64,000 nt of DNA from Planctomycetota bacterium (GTDB lineage Bacteria > Planctomycetota > Planctomycetia > Pirellulales > UBA1268): contig QWOQ01000005.1 in assembly GCA_003669585.1 (NCBI GenBank), forward strand, positions 458,502 to 522,501, read 5' to 3'. The notes under the pieces were generated by a model, which saw only the letters and a program-made list of their open reading frames with translations, ran no database searches and was not told the origin of the DNA. A program made the translations under genes and the position numbers. This document shows, in pieces, positions 59,095 through 64,000 of the stretch. Position 1 is the first letter of the stretch. Each line of letters opens with the position of its first letter.

Positions 59095-59307
59095 GAGAAA
59101 ATATTCTCTTCGTACAGGGTGATCAAACGTCTGGACTTTTTCGAAAATCGATCGAGACACAAAGCCAAAGAACACTATAAGGATCTCTCGTAGAACGCAC
59201 AGCCAGCGAGTGAATGCCACAATAATGCCGCCACACACGCATTCAATCGCGTGATCATGATTTCCTTCGTATACTTCGTCACTTTTCCGCCACTTCGGAA
59301 AAGTAGT

Positions 59308-60888
59308 ATGAGCCTCCAACAATCTGATTCGTCGATCTCTCTTTCTGCAGCCCGCGAGCGAGTTCTGGTTCTCGATTTTGGTTCCCAGTACGCGCAGCTC
59401 ATCGCCCGGCGAGTGCGAGAGCAAAATGTCTACTGCGAGATCGTTCGTCACTCGCTTTCACTCTCTCGCATCATCGAAATGGCACCGAAAGGCCTGATCC
59501 TTTCGGGTGGCCCTGCGAGTGTCTACGCCGACGGTGCTCCAAAGTGTGATCCGGCCATATTTACCTGCGGCATTCCTATCCTCGGAATCTGCTACGGCAT
59601 GCAGCTTTTATGCGACGCTCTTGGAGGACATGTTGGACAAGCACATTCTCGGGAATACGGACGCGCCTCCTGCGAAATTCTCCAGCACAACTCTCTGTTT
59701 GCAGACATTCCACAACAGACTGAAGTCTGGATGAGTCACGGGGATCAGGTCGACAGAGTTTCCGAAGATTTTATCACGCTTGCTCGCACCGACACCTGCC
59801 CGCTGGCGGCGGTCGGTCATCGTACGCTTCCTCTTTACGGCATGCAGTTTCATCCTGAGGTAACCCATACACAACGGGGCGGGCAGATTCTCGCAAACTT
59901 TCTTCGAAAGGCCTGCGGATGTTCGGGAGACTGGAAGCTGGAAGACTTTGCTGCTGGCGAAATCGAGCGTCTACGAACATCGATTGGGAGTGCTCGAGTG
60001 ATTTGCGGACTCTCCGGAGGCGTCGACTCAGCAGTTGTGGCGGCCCTTTTGAGCCGTGCTATCGGCACACAACTTTCCTGCATTCTCGTTGACAATGGAT
60101 TGCTGCGAACCAACGAGGCGGAAGCCGTTATTGTAGAGTTCACCAATCACTTTAAAACTGACTTGCACGTCGTAAAAGCTGAGTCAGAATTTCTCGATGC
60201 ACTTCGCGGTGTGACGGAGCCTCAGGAGAAACGTAAGCGGATCGGCAAGGCCTTTGTCGATTGTTTTACTGCGGAATCTGCAAAAATTAACGGTGCCCGA
60301 TTTCTTGCGCAGGGCACACTCTATCCGGACGTTATTGAAAGCGGTGCCGCTCCCGACGGCCCAGCCTCTACCATCAAACTCCACCACAATGTGGGCGGCT
60401 TGCCAAAAGATTTGAAATTTGAACTGATCGAACCGCTGCGCGATCTTTTTAAGGATGAGGTTCGTCGATTAGGACTTCAACTGGGTTTGCCTGAAAAAAT
60501 AGTCTGGCGACATCCATTTCCTGGCCCTGGTTTGGCGGTGCGGTGCCTCGGTGAGATCACTCGACCACGATTAGAGCGATTGCGACACGCTGACAAAATA
60601 GTGCTCGATGAAATAGAGAACGCAGGGCTTACACGACAGGTGTCACAGGCGTTCGCAGTTCTCCTGCCTGTGAAGAGCGTTGGAGTGATGGGCGATGAGC
60701 GTACCTACGACGATGTCTTGGCTGTTCGCGCAGTCGAAACCGAAGACTTTATGACCGCAGACTGGTGTCATCTTCCCTACGATGTGCTGGCAAAAATTTC
60801 AAATCGTGTGATTAACGAGGTTCGCGGCATCAACCGGGTGGTTTACGATATTTCGTCAAAACCGCCGGCCACCATCGAGTGGGAATAA
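59308..60888 (+). CDS. guaA: GMP synthase (glutamine-hydrolysing)
   Basis: 526 aa from the ATG at 59308. The GATase domain carries GICYGMQ...HPE, the PP-loop is [10 protein letters not shown], and the conserved C-terminus is KPPATIEWE. Confidence 0.95.
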   Translation: MSLQQSDSSISLSAARERVLVLDFGSQYAQLIARRVREQNVYCEIVRHSLSLSRIIEMAPKGLILSGGPASVYADGAPKCDPAIFTCGIPILGICYGMQLLCDALGGHVGQAHSREYGRASCEILQHNSLFADIPQQTEVWMSHGDQVDRVSEDFITLARTDTCPLAAVGHRTLPLYGMQFHPEVTHTQRGGQILANFLRKACGCSGDWKLEDFAAGEIERLRTSIGSARVICGLSGGVDSAVVAALLSRAIGTQLSCILVDNGLLRTNEAEAVIVEFTNHFKTDLHVVKAESEFLDALRGVTEPQEKRKRIGKAFVDCFTAESAKINGARFLAQGTLYPDVIESGAAPDGPASTIKLHHNVGGLPKDLKFELIEPLRDLFKDEVRRLGLQLGLPEKIVWRHPFPGPGLAVRCLGEITRPRLERLRHADKIVLDEIENAGLTRQVSQAFAVLLPVKSVGVMGDERTYDDVLAVRAVETEDFMTADWCHLPYDVLAKISNRVINEVRGINRVVYDISSKPPATIEWE

Positions 60889-60930
60889 TTTTTTTGCGAA
60901 TGCATCGCACTGGTAATCGCACCGTTTCTA

Positions 60931-62868
60931 CTATGAGACGACTTCCATTTCCCCAAGTTTTGCGATCGTAACTCGTGCATTTTCACAATCATAGTCTCGA
61001 AGCGATGATCCCAGTTTGACAACACTGCGACACCGGCGAACTACCTTCACAGCATGCGTTTTTCCCAGTTCCTTTTCTGCTTGTTTTTCATAGAAGTCAA
61101 TCCAAAATGGAACGACCGATACCCGTGAAACATTCTGGTTGACAAGCTCGATCACTTCGCTGAGTCGATCCACAGAACAGACCCATGCCACGTCTTTTGG
61201 CTTCATGCCCCACGGCGGTCGTATCATGCCACAATCGTTCGAACTCTTGGGAGATTTCGCGTTATAAAAAATGACGTAGCGATCAATCGCTGCCTCAATG
61301 AGCATTCGGTCGAGTGCACTTTCAGCAGATCCAACCACCACCAGAGCCCCCGTGGAGGGGACATTTTCAAGCCCCGACACTCGCAGTCGCCTACGCTGCC
61401 GCGAAGTGATCCAGCCAAAAGCTCGTCTGGGAAGATCATTTCGCAACCACAGAAGCACCGCCATACATAGTGCAGCGAGAACCGTAGAACAAAGAAAGAG
61501 TCGGTTGGTGATTGTAAGGCGATCAATCCCCTCGTTCTCAAGACCAAATCCGCAAACAATTGTTGCCAGCGGAAAGATGAGCACCGCGCCTAGGCCGCCA
61601 GTCACATTCAATAGGTTGCTCGTCGCCACGAGACTGCCCTTGGAGTCTTTCGGCGCACGCAACTGCAAGAGTGTGTAGAGCGGAACGATATAGATTCCGC
61701 CAGCAAGGCCTACTGCAACAAGTGCCGGCGGAACAATCCAGGGCAGGCGTCCTCCACAAGACAAAAGACCCATCAACACTGCGATAGCTGTGCCGCCAAT
61801 AGGAACCATTGCCAGTTCGACGCGATTGCCAGCGAGCACTCCAGAGAGCCAGCACCCCAGCCCGATGCCCAAGCCCAACATGGCAATTCGCAAAGCCACT
61901 CTTAATTCAGCTCGCTGCGCATTCGAGGCGCCAGGCGCTGCGTCATCGACAGCAAGATCATCGAGCGTTGCTTCAAAGTCACGATCGCTGTGGGCTATGG
62001 CGACCGTAGATTCCTTATGCGACTCACCCTCTAAAAAAAGCGTTTGCCGAAGAAAGAGCGTTGTGCAGATAAAAAATGCAATTCCCGTGGTCGCAAGCAG
62101 CAGTGTTCTGGAGCCAAGAATTAGTCTCATACTGTTTCGCAGTGGCACGAATGAACTCCAACGGGACGAAGATTCGGCATTGGCCGCGGGTACTCGTTCG
62201 ATCATCCATGCCGCTGCATATCCCGCGATAGAAATTACAAGCAGCACGATTGCGATGAGCCACTCGCGTCCAGGAAAAAACTCTCCTCCCTCGCCAAGCG
62301 TCCCTTTCAAATAAAAGTAGAGGTAGCCGCCGAACGCCGTGCCGAGAATCTGCGCCACAAAACTCGAACCTTCAAGCAATCCATTTCCTTTGGATAGCAC
62401 CGAAGTATCTAGAATTTCAGGCATAATTCCATATTTTGCAGGTACAAAAAAAGTGCTGTGAGTCCCCATGAAAAAAACAACCGCGACCAAAAGCCATGCG
62501 CTTGTTCGCAGCGACATCGGGCTTGCACCAACGAAATGCGGTAGAAGAAATGCTCCGAGAGAAACGGCCATGAACAGAACCTCGGCCCCCTTCCAAAACA
62601 AAAGCACATCCCGCTTACTTTTACGATCAGCGATGGCACCGGCTATTGGAGAGAACAAGAGGAATGGAATGATAAAGCTTGCCGTTACGATCGTGATCAC
62701 GCCGGTTTCGTCAAACCATCGAGAACGCAACCCCCGTACAAGTACGTCGGCGGCGTAGAACGTCGCTACAACCTGAATCGTGTGATCGTTAAACGCGGCT
62801 GCAAACTGCGCAAGCAGCAATCCGATAAATGAACGATTGGTCAAACGACGAGAGCAGATCGATTCCAT
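60931..62868 (-). CDS. LplT-like MFS transporter fused to a C-terminal acyltransferase-related domain lacking the HX4D histidine
   Basis: 645-aa ORF. The N-terminus NRSFIGLLLAQFAAAFNDHTIQV and about 12 TM segments are typical of lysophospholipid-transporter-type MFS proteins. The C-terminal ~170 aa begin LRVSGLENVPSTGALVVVGSAESALD, which aligns by eye to the PlsC block (G...xxNHxSxxD) with NH replaced. Confidence 0.7.
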   Translation of the reverse strand: MESICSRRLTNRSFIGLLLAQFAAAFNDHTIQVVATFYAADVLVRGLRSRWFDETGVITIVTASFIIPFLLFSPIAGAIADRKSKRDVLLFWKGAEVLFMAVSLGAFLLPHFVGASPMSLRTSAWLLVAVVFFMGTHSTFFVPAKYGIMPEILDTSVLSKGNGLLEGSSFVAQILGTAFGGYLYFYLKGTLGEGGEFFPGREWLIAIVLLVISIAGYAAAWMIERVPAANAESSSRWSSFVPLRNSMRLILGSRTLLLATTGIAFFICTTLFLRQTLFLEGESHKESTVAIAHSDRDFEATLDDLAVDDAAPGASNAQRAELRVALRIAMLGLGIGLGCWLSGVLAGNRVELAMVPIGGTAIAVLMGLLSCGGRLPWIVPPALVAVGLAGGIYIVPLYTLLQLRAPKDSKGSLVATSNLLNVTGGLGAVLIFPLATIVCGFGLENEGIDRLTITNRLFLCSTVLAALCMAVLLWLRNDLPRRAFGWITSRQRRRLRVSGLENVPSTGALVVVGSAESALDRMLIEAAIDRYVIFYNAKSPKSSNDCGMIRPPWGMKPKDVAWVCSVDRLSEVIELVNQNVSRVSVVPFWIDFYEKQAEKELGKTHAVKVVRRCRSVVKLGSSLRDYDCENARVTIAKLGEMEVVS

Positions 62869-63048
62869 GAACTATTGTCGGCACCATCGGGATCAGGCAC
62901 AACGGCCGCGAATCATTGCGGCTGTGGAAGTCAGAATGTGAAACCGTAACCCTATCGTTGCTGTGCCCATCGACAATCCTGACGCGCCACACTCGGCTTC
63001 TAGGAGGTTTGCGCCTCTTCAACGAGCGCGCCTCTTCATCAAACAATG

Positions 63049-64000
63049 TCAGTCCATACCAGCAGCCAAGATATGCTCTGTATCAAGTACACACATGCTT
63101 GATATGTGCATGGTTCGCGGCGTCATCCGACCCCAACCAACCAACTCGATTGGATGAATTCCCACAACGTGAGACTCATCAATCCATGAAAGAAGATTTT
63201 CTCGGGTTGTATGGTCAATCAAACGTACGCCTTCGCCAAAGTGCAGCCGAATCGTGTTCGCTTCTGCAGGAACTGACTCCAGGGCTCTTGAAAAAGCGAG
63301 CACATTAAAACAACACAAGGGCCCTTCGGCATACACATGAAAGATGCGATCTTGAAGTTCAACTTTTGAAATAGGATCTTGGAAAAGTGAACTGATGGAA
63401 ACAAGCCATGAACGATTCGATTGTAACTGTCTTTCAATGGACACAACGTTCCACGCTGTGACAAGATATTTTGCAAAGATACCCGCAAAGATACCTACAA
63501 GGAGGTCGGTAAAAATCGTCACCACAGCAGTCACTGAAAAAACAGCCAATTGTTCAGGACCAATCTTATACATGTGTATCCAGATGCTCGGCTTACAAAG
63601 TTTATAGCCTGTAAAAATCAACACTGCCGCCAAAACAGGATACGGAAAGAGGTTAATGATGTCTCTTAAAAACAGAAGCATTCCCAAGAGAAAACAAGCA
63701 TTATAGAAGTTTGCCCATTGCGTCTTGCCACCCGCCATAATATTGGCAGTGCTCTTAACACCTCCGGGAATAATTGTCAGACCTCCCGCTAAGCTCGAGG
63801 CAATATTTGAAACGCCCATTGCCAAGAGTGTTCGATTAGGATTCGATCGGCGTTTGTATGGATCGATCTTGTCAATTGCGGCAATGGTCGCCAGTGACTC
63901 AACACCATCAATCATCGTCAGCGTGAGGACTAATGTTGCACAAGACAGCCAGAGTGAACTGTCTTGAAATATTGTTTTGAAATCAGGTGTCACTATCCCA
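63049..64000 (-). CDS. SulP-family anion transporter (C-terminal TM half + STAS domain). The 5' part lies beyond the right edge of the window.
   Basis: The frame is open to base 64000. The segment LAMGVSNIASSLAGGLTIIPGGVKSTANIMAGGKTQWANF is a typical SulP core, followed by a STAS-like tail (IFHVYAEGPLCCFNVLAFSRALESVPAEANTIRLHFGEGVRLIDHTT). Confidence 0.8.
   Translation of the reverse strand, partial: GIVTPDFKTIFQDSSLWLSCATLVLTLTMIDGVESLATIAAIDKIDPYKRRSNPNRTLLAMGVSNIASSLAGGLTIIPGGVKSTANIMAGGKTQWANFYNACFLLGMLLFLRDIINLFPYPVLAAVLIFTGYKLCKPSIWIHMYKIGPEQLAVFSVTAVVTIFTDLLVGIFAGIFAKYLVTAWNVVSIERQLQSNRSWLVSISSLFQDPISKVELQDRIFHVYAEGPLCCFNVLAFSRALESVPAEANTIRLHFGEGVRLIDHTTRENLLSWIDESHVVGIHPIELVGWGRMTPRTMHISSMCVLDTEHILAAGMD

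Overview
This is a gene-dense 64-kb chromosomal window with about 50 CDS, one tRNA and one IS remnant. No rRNA or CRISPR array is present. The gene content suggests a member of the Planctomycetota; this is inference only. It rests on PSCyt1-type CxxCH domains, a DUF1570-like HExxH protein, a TPR + RNA-polymerase alpha-CTD protein, Hanks-type kinases, many large secreted hypotheticals and weak Shine-Dalgarno signals.

The housekeeping backbone is comEC (partial, missed by the ORF track), prmC, prfA, rpmE, kdsA, tRNA-Thr(CGU), argG, pyk, xylA, glnD, a PduO-type adenosyltransferase, proC, trxA, an rpoD-like sigma-70, guaB, ilvD, surE and guaA.

Most notable observations:
1. A roughly 1,450-1,480-codon Ser/Thr-kinase / STAND-like P-loop NTPase / TM / HEAT-like / FGE-sulfatase-domain gene (36459-40890, minus strand). 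It is split into two overlapping ORFs by a single-base frameshift inside a T9/A9 run (39712-39720). A decayed IS3-family remnant lies beside it.
2. A TPR protein carrying two RNA polymerase alpha-CTD copies, next to a Rho-N/DUF4912-like gene.
3. A small histone-H1-like protein encoded by a 129-bp 15/18-bp tandem repeat.
4. A btaA-btaB-like pair for betaine-lipid (DGTS) synthesis.
5. Two orphan structured or terminator-like elements in unusually long non-coding regions.

All functional calls come from motif recognition by eye. No database search was run.
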